A stretch of 64,000 nucleotides of DNA, taken from the IMG/VR virus record IMGVR_UViG_3300044731_001157; one strand, 5' to 3'. Each line of letters opens with the position of its first letter. Positions within the stretch are counted from its first letter, which is position 1. Below, piece by piece: positions 38,692 to 47,712 of this stretch. The translations under genes were made by a program, and so were the position numbers. Source of the stretch: an uncultured virus (IMG/VR IMGVR_UViG_3300044731_001157) (lineage: Duplodnaviria; Heunggongvirae; Uroviricota; Caudoviricetes). The notes under the pieces were generated by a model. It searched no databases and had not been told where the DNA came from. It saw nothing but the letters and a program-made list of their open reading frames with translations.

Positions 38692-39104
38692 TGAAAATTA
38701 GCGGTAAAATAGTAGATATAGATAATGTGCCTTTAATGGGTGCAAATATAACATTAAGAAGTGGTTCTAAATCTGGAAAGGTTGGAACGACAACAGACTT
38801 TGATGGTAACTTCAGTTTAGAAAGCGATAGTCTTTTGGGAACAGATGTTTTTGAGGTAAGCTATGTTGGTTTTACAAAACAAACTTTTACAACTAATCAA
38901 TTACAAGATAAAAAGATAACCTTACAAGAATCGGCAACAGAATTGGATGAAATTGTAATTACAGGAACTAAACCTAAAAATACTAAAACAACACCAGAAG
39001 AAAGCAAATTAAAAGTTCATTTGACTAAAAACAAATATGCTTATGCAGGAGTTTCTGGATTATTGGGTTTAGCTTTGATATTAATATCAATTAAAAAAAA
39101 ATAA
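38691..39104 (+). CDS. CarboxypepD_reg-like (SusC N-terminal-type) domain with C-terminal TM
   Basis: ISGKIVD, PLMGANI, GTTTDFDGNFSL, SYVGF, LDEIVITG. Confidence 0.85.
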   Translation: MKISGKIVDIDNVPLMGANITLRSGSKSGKVGTTTDFDGNFSLESDSLLGTDVFEVSYVGFTKQTFTTNQLQDKKITLQESATELDEIVITGTKPKNTKTTPEESKLKVHLTKNKYAYAGVSGLLGLALILISIKKK

Positions 39105-39105
39105 T

Positions 39106-39711
39106 ATGACAAACGAATTTGATGATTGGAGAAATAAGTATGACACAATGAGTATTGACGAGCAAGTGGAATACCATAACAAATTGGAAGAATTATATCC
39201 AGACCAAGCACATTATAACTATGAAAACGTAAAAATCCTATTAGAATTAGGTAAAAAAAATGCAGATGTTTTAGAGTTTGGAACTTGGAAAGCAGATTTA
39301 TGTGAAACCGCTTTGAAAGAATATGAAATTAATAGTTGGACTGGAATAGAAATATGCAAGTCAGCTATTGAAAAAACAAAATGCAAAGACCCAAAATTCA
39401 AATATATTTTTCCATCAAAATTTGATTGGTTTAATGATAATGATAGACCAAAATGTGATATTGTAATTGCTACTCACTTTATAGAGCATTTAAGTAACGA
39501 GCATTTTGACGCATTAGCAAAATATTGTAAAGGAGTAAAATATATTTACTTTGAAGCACCATTAAGCGATGATGGAGAAGATTGGGATGGTTACTTTGGT
39601 ACACATAAATTATTTTATGGTTGGAATCAAATAGTAGAAGTTATGGCTCAAAATAATTTTGAAGTAGTCCATAACTTAAATCAAGGTAAAATTTTTAAAA
39701 CAATAGAGTAA
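39106..39711 (+). CDS. Class I SAM-dependent methyltransferase
   Basis: VLEFGTW, TGIEI, DIVIATHFIEHL. Confidence 0.75.
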   Translation: MTNEFDDWRNKYDTMSIDEQVEYHNKLEELYPDQAHYNYENVKILLELGKKNADVLEFGTWKADLCETALKEYEINSWTGIEICKSAIEKTKCKDPKFKYIFPSKFDWFNDNDRPKCDIVIATHFIEHLSNEHFDALAKYCKGVKYIYFEAPLSDDGEDWDGYFGTHKLFYGWNQIVEVMAQNNFEVVHNLNQGKIFKTIE

Positions 39712-40046
39712 TGGAAGGACAAAGTACACCGCCAGTAGCGGAAGCAACACCAGTAAATACTGCACCGCCAGTATCGGTAGAAACACCAGCACCAACAATT
39801 GAAACAAGTTATTCAGAAGGTGGTGCAATGGGAAGTATTACAAGTGGTAAAATGAACATTAAAGATATTGTTATTAGTGCATTACTAATCACTTTGTCAA
39901 TTTATGGTATTTTCTATTATAGAAAAGCTATTAAACAATTAGATGAGCAACCAACTGCTGAAGAATTTGAAAATATGAATGGCGACATTGAAGAAGTAAA
40001 GTACAATGTAAAAAAAGCTTTAGGTAAAAAATACGAAACAACTTAA
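39711..40046 (+). CDS. Membrane protein with Pro/Thr-rich leader ending YSEGG
   Basis: Central TM. Confidence 0.7.
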   Translation: MEGQSTPPVAEATPVNTAPPVSVETPAPTIETSYSEGGAMGSITSGKMNIKDIVISALLITLSIYGIFYYRKAIKQLDEQPTAEEFENMNGDIEEVKYNVKKALGKKYETT

Positions 40047-40057
40047 AAACAATAATC

Positions 40058-40195
40058 ATGGCAAAATCTCAAAATGGCTATTTTACAGCAATGTTAGAAG
40101 CTAAAAAAAACAATTTACAATCTTTTGAATACAATGGCAAAACATACGTTGCTTCAAAAACAAAAACAGGTTTAACGGTTTATAAAGCAAAATAA
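40058..40195 (+). CDS. 45-aa basic protein (not in ORF track)
   Basis: MAKSQNGYFTAMLEAKKNNLQSFEYNGKTY...KAK; fills gap. Confidence 0.65.
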   Translation: MAKSQNGYFTAMLEAKKNNLQSFEYNGKTYVASKTKTGLTVYKAK

Positions 40196-40197
40196 CT

Positions 40198-40518
40198 ATG
40201 AAAGCAAAAGACTTACTATTAGTAGGAAGTGGGTTAGCTATTGGCTATCTTATCTTCAAAAAAGATTTATTCAAAAAGAAAACTAATGCAATTGGCGAAG
40301 TAACAACAGGTGCAGGAGAAATAGTTTCTGGAGCAGGAAGTATTGTTAGCGGTGCGGTTGGAACTGTAACTGGTGCGGTTGAAAATTTAGTAAATCCAAA
40401 ACAAGCGGAATGTGAGAAAAAATGGAATGATTTTTCTTCAAGTGCAAGATACGCATCGGAAGAAGCTATGCTAAAAGCAAAATCAGAATTTATGAGTAGT
40501 TGTTTATTAACTAAATAA
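40198..40518 (+). CDS. N-anchored membrane protein with 2-Cys microdomain
   Basis: N-terminal TM; ECEKKW...FMSSC. Confidence 0.7.
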   Translation: MKAKDLLLVGSGLAIGYLIFKKDLFKKKTNAIGEVTTGAGEIVSGAGSIVSGAVGTVTGAVENLVNPKQAECEKKWNDFSSSARYASEEAMLKAKSEFMSSCLLTK

Positions 40519-40520
40519 TT

Positions 40521-41165
40521 ATGGAGTTAAACCAAGTAACTTACGGAAATCCAAATCAGAGTACAAAAGTGTTAATAAGTCAAAAAGGATTAGTGGATAG
40601 CCTTTTTGAAGAATTAAAAAATACTGATATGCCTTTAAATGATTCTGAACTTACAAAAGAAGAATTAAATGAAGTTGCAGAAGGTATTTCATTGTTAGAA
40701 GATAAAGAAAACGATTATTTCTTAAAAAGATATAAATCGTATGATAGGAGTTTGATACAAAGTCTTACTACTATATTTAAGCAAAGGGGGGTTGATGTTG
40801 AGCAAGTTTGTACGCAAATACAAGACGATATTAATCCTTTAATTGCTAAATTAAAAGTACACTTCAATAGACCAAGACCCTATCAATTAGCTAATTATTA
40901 TAAGCTAAAACTTTTTCCATTTGATAGTTTTTCAGCAAATTCGGCTTCTTACCCAAGCGGACATACACTTCAAGCTTCTGTTATGTTGAATGTTATTGGA
41001 AGTATGTACCCAACACAATATAAGTATTGTAGGAACATAATTGATGATATTGCAGAAAGCAGAATTAATTTAGGACTTCATTACCCTTCAGATAATGATT
41101 TTGCATTAGAGGTTGCGGATAAGATTTTGAAACACAAAGAATTTTCCAAAAAATACCATATATGA
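40521..41165 (+). CDS. PAP2-superfamily phosphatase
   Basis: KVHFNRPRP, YPSGH, SRINLGLHYPSD. Confidence 0.88.
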   Translation: MELNQVTYGNPNQSTKVLISQKGLVDSLFEELKNTDMPLNDSELTKEELNEVAEGISLLEDKENDYFLKRYKSYDRSLIQSLTTIFKQRGVDVEQVCTQIQDDINPLIAKLKVHFNRPRPYQLANYYKLKLFPFDSFSANSASYPSGHTLQASVMLNVIGSMYPTQYKYCRNIIDDIAESRINLGLHYPSDNDFALEVADKILKHKEFSKKYHI

Positions 41166-41551
41166 AGAAACAGCCAGAGTATGAATTACAATCGGCTATT
41201 TGTAGGTATTTAAGTTATCAATATGGAGAAATTTTATTCCTTTCTGACACTATTGCCAGTTTGAAATTAACACCTGCACAAGCCAATCGAAATAAAAAAA
41301 TTCAAAAGTTTGGGTTTTCTTGTCCAGATTTATTAATTTTAGAGCCAAGAAACGGATATAGTGGTTTATTTATAGAGCTAAAAGTGGAAACACCATTCAA
41401 AAAGAATGGAGAAATTAAGGCATCTAAAGACGACCATTTAAAAAACCAATTAGAAGCAATCAATAAACTAAAAGAAAAAGGCTATATGGCTCTTTTTAGT
41501 TGGGATTTTGATATGACAAAGGATATAATAGACAACTATTTAAAAGTGTAA
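41162..41551 (+). CDS. VRR-NUC nuclease
   Basis: EYELQ, PDLLI, GLFIELK, Q...L...GY. Confidence 0.8.
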   Translation: MKKQPEYELQSAICRYLSYQYGEILFLSDTIASLKLTPAQANRNKKIQKFGFSCPDLLILEPRNGYSGLFIELKVETPFKKNGEIKASKDDHLKNQLEAINKLKEKGYMALFSWDFDMTKDIIDNYLKV

Positions 41552-41554
41552 AAG

Positions 41555-41986
41555 ATGAGCCAAGAAAAAGAAGATTTTACCAAAATGCTAAAGGAGGTTG
41601 GTGTTACTGCAAATATTGTTGGAGTTGACAAACTAACAAATCTATTAAAAGAAATTCAAAAAACGCACAAAGACTTAACCGAAGAAGAATATAAAAACGC
41701 TATGAATATCATAGCAATTGTTAGCGACTGCTACGAAATGAGTATTTCTGATTTTTATTCTAATAAAAGAAAAAATGATAGAAGATATGCTTTAGGTAGT
41801 GTTTGCTACATACTTCATAAGCAAAAGAATTTCGATTATAAGAAAATTTCTTTTATCACAAAAAAATCGTTTACTTATATTTCAATTTTAATAAAAGAAA
41901 TAGAACAAATGAGTATAACGCACCCTTTTGAAAAGAAAATTTTACAAAAATTAGAAATAATAAAAACAAAAATAGACAACAATTAA
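41555..41986 (+). CDS. DnaA C-terminal-like HTH protein
   Basis: IVSDCYEMSISDFYSNKR...YIL...YKKIS. Confidence 0.5.
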   Translation: MSQEKEDFTKMLKEVGVTANIVGVDKLTNLLKEIQKTHKDLTEEEYKNAMNIIAIVSDCYEMSISDFYSNKRKNDRRYALGSVCYILHKQKNFDYKKISFITKKSFTYISILIKEIEQMSITHPFEKKILQKLEIIKTKIDNN

Positions 41987-41998
41987 AATAGATATTAC

Positions 41999-43075
41999 AT
42001 GAGCCAAGAAACATTTAATACAGCACCAGAAGTAGAAATTATTCAAGATTTTTCTCCATTAGATGCACCAGTAAAACAGCGTTCATATACTCAACACCAT
42101 GTAACTGATGTTGAAGCAATGGGCGATTTAGAAGAACCTACTTTTCAACCACCAAGTTTTAATGACTTTGAAGAAGGGGATGGCGGAGAGCCAGAGCCAG
42201 AAAGACCATTCAATCAGTCTTATAGCGAGTTAGATGGTAAAGAAAAAACAATGGGTGCTAAAATGATGGCAGAAATGGCTATTGACCTTTACGAAAAGGG
42301 TTGTGGACTTTTAGGTAAATTGCCAGAAATTTCAGAAGGAAAATTAGACAGATTAATTGCTGAAGGAGAAATAGACCCAAATCTTGAAATACCAACTGAA
42401 GGCGGTAGTTTAGGAGTTAAAGAATTTGCAAGTGAGTATAACGATAGCATAAAAGATGCGTTTTCTGTTTCAGATGAATTTAAAGAAAAAGTAAAACCAC
42501 CATTAGAGAGAGTTTTTAAAAAACGTGGTATCGGTATGACCGATGAACAATTGCTTATGTATTACTTTGCAACCGACTTTGGAGCAAAAGGAGTTCAAGC
42601 ATTTATGTTAAGAAAAACAGCAAATGGTATTTTAGATTCATTGAGAGAAAACACTTTAGCTATTCGTGAGCAAAATGCTTATAGAACAACGCCAACACCA
42701 AAACCAACGCCAAAAGCAGAAGTTAAAACAGAAAATCAAAGTGCAGAATATACGGAAGACATTAGTGAAGCGGTAGAGCAAGAATATGTTGCTCCAAAAA
42801 GAAAAAAACCAGCAACTAATTTAGATTCTCAAGTTGAATTTTTTGAGCCAGAAGAAGTAGAAAACGGAGTGTATTCTATTCTTAATGATAATGGTGGATT
42901 TAAAGCTGAAACTAAATTAGCTGATAATATGCCGACATTTGGCGACCCAGAAATTTTAGCAGGTATTGAAAAAATTGCAAAAGATAGTGGATTAGAAAAA
43001 CCAGTTCGTAAAAAAACTGCAACTAAAAGAACTACTGCAAAAAGAAATACGGTAAGCAGAAAACCGAGAAAATAA
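41999..43075 (+). CDS. Acidic hypothetical protein with basic tail
   Basis: 358-aa ORF, E/D/P-rich, K/R/T-rich C-terminus. Confidence 0.7.
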   Translation: MSQETFNTAPEVEIIQDFSPLDAPVKQRSYTQHHVTDVEAMGDLEEPTFQPPSFNDFEEGDGGEPEPERPFNQSYSELDGKEKTMGAKMMAEMAIDLYEKGCGLLGKLPEISEGKLDRLIAEGEIDPNLEIPTEGGSLGVKEFASEYNDSIKDAFSVSDEFKEKVKPPLERVFKKRGIGMTDEQLLMYYFATDFGAKGVQAFMLRKTANGILDSLRENTLAIREQNAYRTTPTPKPTPKAEVKTENQSAEYTEDISEAVEQEYVAPKRKKPATNLDSQVEFFEPEEVENGVYSILNDNGGFKAETKLADNMPTFGDPEILAGIEKIAKDSGLEKPVRKKTATKRTTAKRNTVSRKPRK

Positions 43076-43097
43076 TGTTAAAAATATGTAAAATTAT

Positions 43098-43176
43098 TTT
43101 GTAGAACCAAAAAACATAATTACATTTGCTTTGAACTTTAAAACCGATTGCAAGGGCAAGTGCTACAAATATTATG
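43098..43176 (+). promoter_or_regulatory. Promoter and first copy of 36-nt duplicated leader
   Basis: TTTG-19-TACATTTG; leader 43141-43176 repeated at 43598-43633. Confidence 0.7.
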
Positions 43177-43566
43177 GGATTATTTGGATTATTTAAGTCA
43201 TCTGAAGGAGAGTATATGGAAAAAGCATATAGAGAATATCAAGAAAGGCTTGATAAAGTTGCAAAAGAAGCTATGGATTTTTGTCTTTCCTTTAATCATA
43301 TTGAAGAAAAAACTTTATCTAAAAAAAACTTTATTAAAAAACAACTAAAAAAAACAAAAAAACATTTATTATTAAATGATTTTAAAATTTTTTCAAAAGA
43401 TGAAATTAAAAATATTTTATTAAAAAAAAGAGAAAAATTAAAATTAGAATTAAAAAATAAAGAAACAATTGAAGAAGAAATTATATTACTTAAAAAAGAA
43501 TTAAAAAAGCATAATAAAAAACAACTAAAAAGAACAAATGCCTTTTTACATAAACAATTTAATTAA
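43174..43566 (+). CDS. Lys-rich hypothetical protein
   Basis: ATG at end of duplicated leader. Confidence 0.55.
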   Translation: MGLFGLFKSSEGEYMEKAYREYQERLDKVAKEAMDFCLSFNHIEEKTLSKKNFIKKQLKKTKKHLLLNDFKIFSKDEIKNILLKKREKLKLELKNKETIEEEIILLKKELKKHNKKQLKRTNAFLHKQFN

Positions 43567-43630
43567 AAAGCACAAGAATACAATTTAATTAACCAAGAAA
43601 CCAATTGCAAGGGCAAGTGCTAAAATTATT

Positions 43631-44041
43631 ATGAACAAAACACACATGGGTAATACTTTAAAAGATTTTTTAAAGGAAAGAAGAATTAAAAATTCTGAAT
43701 GTGCAGAGTTTTTAGAAATAACCAGACCAACTTTTCGTAAAATTATTGATAGCGAAATAATTAGTTATACTATCATTTGTAAATTACAAAAATTTTTAAA
43801 TTACGATTTCAACTTTTATTCAAATAATGAATTTAATAATTCAAATAATGATTTTAAAATGATTGTTAAAGCTTACACGATTGCATTAGTAGAAAAAGAT
43901 GGAATTACAACTTTAAATATACAAAATACTGGATTTAATTCTTTTGAATTATTAGGAATTTTAGAAAAAGCTAAAAATGATATTTTGAAAAATTTAGAAA
44001 AAATTGAATTAGAAGAAAAATTAAAAATAAATATTCTTTAA
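43631..44041 (+). CDS. HTH-domain protein
   Basis: LKDFLKERRI...CAEFLEITRPTF. Confidence 0.65.
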   Translation: MNKTHMGNTLKDFLKERRIKNSECAEFLEITRPTFRKIIDSEIISYTIICKLQKFLNYDFNFYSNNEFNNSNNDFKMIVKAYTIALVEKDGITTLNIQNTGFNSFELLGILEKAKNDILKNLEKIELEEKLKINIL

Positions 44042-44043
44042 AA

Positions 44044-44730
44044 ATGGGAAAAATTAAATTATCAATCAGAGAAAAAAGTTTACTGTCAAACTTTTTAAAT
44101 AGTGTTTTAAGACAAATAAAGTTGTTTATATTATTTTTTATACCTAAAAAATATAAAAAAGTAGTTGAAAAAGAAGAAATAGACAAAAGAACACTTCAGC
44201 CTTACATTTTAAACGTATCTAATAATACAAGCGAAACTATAAAAGATTTTAAAATAATAAGTTTTTTAGAATATCAAAATAGTAAGTATTTAGATAAGGA
44301 AGGTAATCTTTTTATTAAAAAAGATAAAGGCGAAATAAGCATTAAGTCTGGAATACCTAATATTTCTTATAAAGATATTTTATTTCAATTTATGGCACAG
44401 CCATTTCAAGTTGGTTTAACATATATAATGAGTAGTAAGCAAGAACAAATAACAAAACTAATTCAAATAAACACAAAATATGCAAATGGTAATGAAGCTT
44501 ATAGAACATTAGTTCCAACAATTGACCCATATCAACAACAAAGTAATATCGTAGCAATAAAAAAAAATTATGGAATTGATATGTTTACCGATATAATTTA
44601 TTCTGAAATATTGCCAAAAACAACATTTAGCATATATTTTTACCCAAATGCTACAAGTGGGATTAAAAAAATAGAATTTCAATCCAAAAAAACGAAATTT
44701 CAAAAATTTGTTGAATGGTTAAAAAAATAA
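44044..44730 (+). CDS. Paralogue of putative major capsid protein
   Basis: QPYI, QFM.QPF.VGLTYI.SS, LVPTIDPYQQQ.NI, YFYP shared with 47713. Confidence 0.75.
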   Translation: MGKIKLSIREKSLLSNFLNSVLRQIKLFILFFIPKKYKKVVEKEEIDKRTLQPYILNVSNNTSETIKDFKIISFLEYQNSKYLDKEGNLFIKKDKGEISIKSGIPNISYKDILFQFMAQPFQVGLTYIMSSKQEQITKLIQINTKYANGNEAYRTLVPTIDPYQQQSNIVAIKKNYGIDMFTDIIYSEILPKTTFSIYFYPNATSGIKKIEFQSKKTKFQKFVEWLKK

Positions 44731-44731
44731 T

Positions 44732-45547
44732 ATGGAACAAAGAGAACCAAAATTAATAGTAGCGGTTGGTCGTAAAGGTTGTGGGAAAACCTATACGACT
44801 AAACGTATGCTACAAAGTTATATTCAAGGAAACCCATCAAAAGGAGTTCAGCCAAGAAGGGTGCTAATATTAGATGTTAACGATGAATATGAAGATGTAA
44901 AAGCTATAAAATTGGCTGATATAATTAGGTTTTCTGTTCATCCAAAAATAGAATCAAGAAGAATAAGACCATTTATGGATAATGGAGATACTATGACTAC
45001 TTATCAACTTCAAGAAACATTGTTTAAAATTTTGAAAGATTTTAGAGGAGGACTGCTCCTTATAGAAGACCCTTCTAAATTTTTATCTGATAGTTTGCCT
45101 AATGATTTAATGGGTGCTATTGCTACTAATAGACATAGGGATATGGATATTATTATGCACTTTCAATCAATTGGAAGAATAACGCCTAAAATTTGGCAGA
45201 ATCTCACGGATATTAGGTACCATAAAAATACTGATGGTGTAGAGAAGAACAAAAACAAGTTTGAAGATAAGTACGAATTAATGAAACTTGTTGAAAATTA
45301 TGTTGACAGAGAATATGATAACGGAAACAAAAGAATTTATGTTTATGTTGATGTTGAAGATGAGAAAATAAAAAATGTAGATAAAATTAAATTTGAAAAA
45401 ATAGTTCATGATTATATTATAGCTAATCAAAAATCATTAATTACTCCGTTAGTAAGAAGTAAAAATTTATTTAAAGATTCAAAAACATATACGGCAGAAG
45501 AAGCATTGAAGTATCAAAAGCAAAGAATTATAAATTATTACACTTAA
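44732..45547 (+). CDS. A32/FtsK-HerA-type genome packaging ATPase (putative)
   Basis: Walker A GRKGCGKT, Walker B LLLIED, NRHRDMDIIMHFQ (RH...Q motif); 271 aa, no TM, no nuclease domain. Confidence 0.75.
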   Translation: MEQREPKLIVAVGRKGCGKTYTTKRMLQSYIQGNPSKGVQPRRVLILDVNDEYEDVKAIKLADIIRFSVHPKIESRRIRPFMDNGDTMTTYQLQETLFKILKDFRGGLLLIEDPSKFLSDSLPNDLMGAIATNRHRDMDIIMHFQSIGRITPKIWQNLTDIRYHKNTDGVEKNKNKFEDKYELMKLVENYVDREYDNGNKRIYVYVDVEDEKIKNVDKIKFEKIVHDYIIANQKSLITPLVRSKNLFKDSKTYTAEEALKYQKQRIINYYT

Positions 45548-45559
45548 TTTTTTAAAATT

Positions 45560-45796
45560 ATGACAAAACAAAGAATAGAAAACATAAGGAAGTCCGCAGG
45601 GCAAAGAATTGATAAATTTTTAAACAATTGGATTTCCAGAAAACTAATGGTTTTAATCATTGCTTCAGTTGGTTTATTTGATGGCAAATTAGATGGCGAT
45701 AATTGGACAATAGTAGCTACTGGTTATGTAGCTATTCAAGGGTTTACTGAAATTGTAAAAGAACTTTATAAAGCAAAAAATGGACAAGATAATTAA
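45560..45796 (+). CDS. Putative holin
   Basis: SRKL + two hydrophobic segments; directly before endolysin. Confidence 0.6.
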   Translation: MTKQRIENIRKSAGQRIDKFLNNWISRKLMVLIIASVGLFDGKLDGDNWTIVATGYVAIQGFTEIVKELYKAKNGQDN

Positions 45797-46253
45797 TACA
45801 AAAGAAATAATAAAAAAATATGGAAAGCCAAATCAAAACGGCTCATATTTAGTATCTATAAAGATTCCATACCCTATGCGTTTAGCTTGGGATAAAAACA
45901 CTAAAATAAACACAATGCGTTGTCATAAACTTGTAGCTGATAAATTTTTAGCTATTTTTAATGATTTGTTAGATTATTATGGATACGATAAATTAGTTGA
46001 ATTAGGAATTGATTTGTTTGGGGGTTGTTTTAATTTTAGAGCTATGAGAAATGGTTCTGATTGGAGTACTCATGCTTGGGGAATTTCTATTGATTTAGAC
46101 CCAGAAAGAAATAAATTAAGAGAAACATCAAGAACAGCAAGATTTGCAAGACTTGAATACAAACCAATGATTGATATATTTTACAAGCATGGTTTTATAT
46201 CTTTAGGTAGGGAAAGAAATTATGATTGGATGCACTTTCAAATAAAAGAGTAA
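45780..46253 (+). CDS. M15-family peptidase endolysin
   Basis: GGCFNFR, STHAWGISID, DWMHFQ. Confidence 0.88.
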   Translation: MDKIINTKEIIKKYGKPNQNGSYLVSIKIPYPMRLAWDKNTKINTMRCHKLVADKFLAIFNDLLDYYGYDKLVELGIDLFGGCFNFRAMRNGSDWSTHAWGISIDLDPERNKLRETSRTARFARLEYKPMIDIFYKHGFISLGRERNYDWMHFQIKE

Positions 46254-46684
46254 TGATGGAAGATTTATTAATTTCAGAAAAAGACTTATTTTTAATAAAG
46301 GATAATAAAATTTATTTTGATAATTCAGTCGGTTATTATAAAATTTATTTAGGAAAAAATAAATTTACGTATTTACACAGATATATTTTAAATGCAAAAA
46401 AAGGAGAAATTGTTGACCATATAAATAGAAATAAAAAAGATAATAGGCGTGAAAATTTAAGATTTGTATCTGCTAAATTAAATAACTATAATAAAAATGT
46501 TAAAAATAAGTTAGGAAGGGGCATCTATTATGATAAATATGGTAAAAGATATAGAGCTTGTATAAGTAATGAAAATAAAACCTTAAAATTAGGTTCTTTT
46601 AAAACCATTTTTGAAGCTAAAAAAGCATACAATTTAAAAGCTATTGAAATGTATGGCAAAGATGCTTACCAACATGAAATATAA
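46253..46684 (+). CDS. HNH-AP2 endonuclease
   Basis: YLHRYIL, VDHINRNKKDNRRENLR, LGSF....EA..AYN. Confidence 0.88.
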   Translation: MMEDLLISEKDLFLIKDNKIYFDNSVGYYKIYLGKNKFTYLHRYILNAKKGEIVDHINRNKKDNRRENLRFVSAKLNNYNKNVKNKLGRGIYYDKYGKRYRACISNENKTLKLGSFKTIFEAKKAYNLKAIEMYGKDAYQHEI

Positions 46685-46704
46685 TATAAAAAAAACTTAC
46701 ACTT

Positions 46705-47073
46705 ATGTTAAACTTTGAGAAAGACACTAAAAAAGGGTATATTATTTTGATATTGTTATTTACAATTTTTTTAATAATATGCAATATCGTTCAGCTAATG
46801 TTTGTTAATCAAACATTTCAAAATAGCGATTATTTGAAAAATGAGGTTGTTAAAATTCAGTCAGATATAAAAAAATATCAATCCGAGAATAAATTGATAT
46901 TAGAAAAAATAAAAGAGTACGAAAAGGATATTGTCAAAATAGATAGCAATATTTCGAGAAATAACAAAAATATCGACATTTTAAAAAATAAATACAATGA
47001 AAAAATTAATAATTTTAAGTCTCATGATGCTCGTATGTGGGAAAAGTTTTTCGCAGACCGATACAAAAAATAA
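46705..47073 (+). CDS. Spanin-like coiled-coil membrane protein
   Basis: N-terminal TM + coiled coil in lysis cassette. Confidence 0.55.
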   Translation: MLNFEKDTKKGYIILILLFTIFLIICNIVQLMFVNQTFQNSDYLKNEVVKIQSDIKKYQSENKLILEKIKEYEKDIVKIDSNISRNNKNIDILKNKYNEKINNFKSHDARMWEKFFADRYKK

Positions 47074-47401
47074 GGTAGTAATAGATACTTCGATTGCAAA
47101 AAAAATAGCTATTGATTTAATCAAAGGAGATGAGTGCAAAGAGGAACTGAAAATAACAAAAAACAATGTTTTATTGTTAGAGAAAAAGGTTTCTTTGAAA
47201 GATAGTATCATTACGGGCAATAAAAAGCATATTAATAACCTTGACAAAATTGTTGAAGGCAAAGATAATTTGCTAAAAATCAGCGAAGAAAACTTATCAA
47301 CTGCAAAAAAACAAATATCAAAATACAAGGGTAATTTGTTTTTATGGAAGACTATAACATTAGTAACAATAGGGGTTTCTGGGTTTTTGATATTAAAGTA
47401 A
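46997..47401 (+). CDS. Spanin-like partner
   Basis: Overlaps previous gene; signal peptide, coiled coil, C-terminal TM. Confidence 0.55.
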   Translation: MKKLIILSLMMLVCGKSFSQTDTKNKVVIDTSIAKKIAIDLIKGDECKEELKITKNNVLLLEKKVSLKDSIITGNKKHINNLDKIVEGKDNLLKISEENLSTAKKQISKYKGNLFLWKTITLVTIGVSGFLILK

Positions 47402-47431
47402 ACTATTTAAAATATTTTGGTTTTCATTATT

Positions 47432-47461
47432 AAGTTCGTTTTATTACGAACTTTTTTTTTT
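47432..47461 (+). terminator. Intrinsic terminator
   Basis: aagttcgt/acgaactt + T-run. Confidence 0.75.
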
Positions 47462-47467
47462 GTATTA

Positions 47468-47475
47468 TATCTTTG
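47468..47475 (+). promoter_or_regulatory. -7 promoter element for capsid operon
   Basis: TATCTTTG. Confidence 0.55.
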
Positions 47476-47538
47476 AATTGTTATTGTTTCTGAAAACAAT
47501 TATCATAAAAAATAAGTTTAATTAAAAAACATTCTGAA

Positions 47539-47667
47539 ATGCAAAAAGAATTAGTATCATTATTGAAAGGTGTTGCTGTTGTAGTTGCTGGGGTTTTAAT
47601 TGCTAATGCTATTGAAAAAAAGTATATGTCAACTAAAATTTCTGTACCACAAGAAATGGGAGCTTAA
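47539..47667 (+). CDS. 42-aa membrane protein co-transcribed with capsid candidate (not in ORF track)
   Basis: MQKELVSLLKGVAVVVAGVLIANAIEKKYM... Confidence 0.7.
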   Translation: MQKELVSLLKGVAVVVAGVLIANAIEKKYMSTKISVPQEMGA

Positions 47668-47712
47668 TCAAGTTCAAAAAATTATTTAAAAAATTATAAA
47701 AATTAAAGTATT

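Noticed and set aside
44732..45547. Terminase large subunit or conjugative VirB4/VirD4
   Set aside because: Too short, no nuclease domain, no TM, no other conjugation genes
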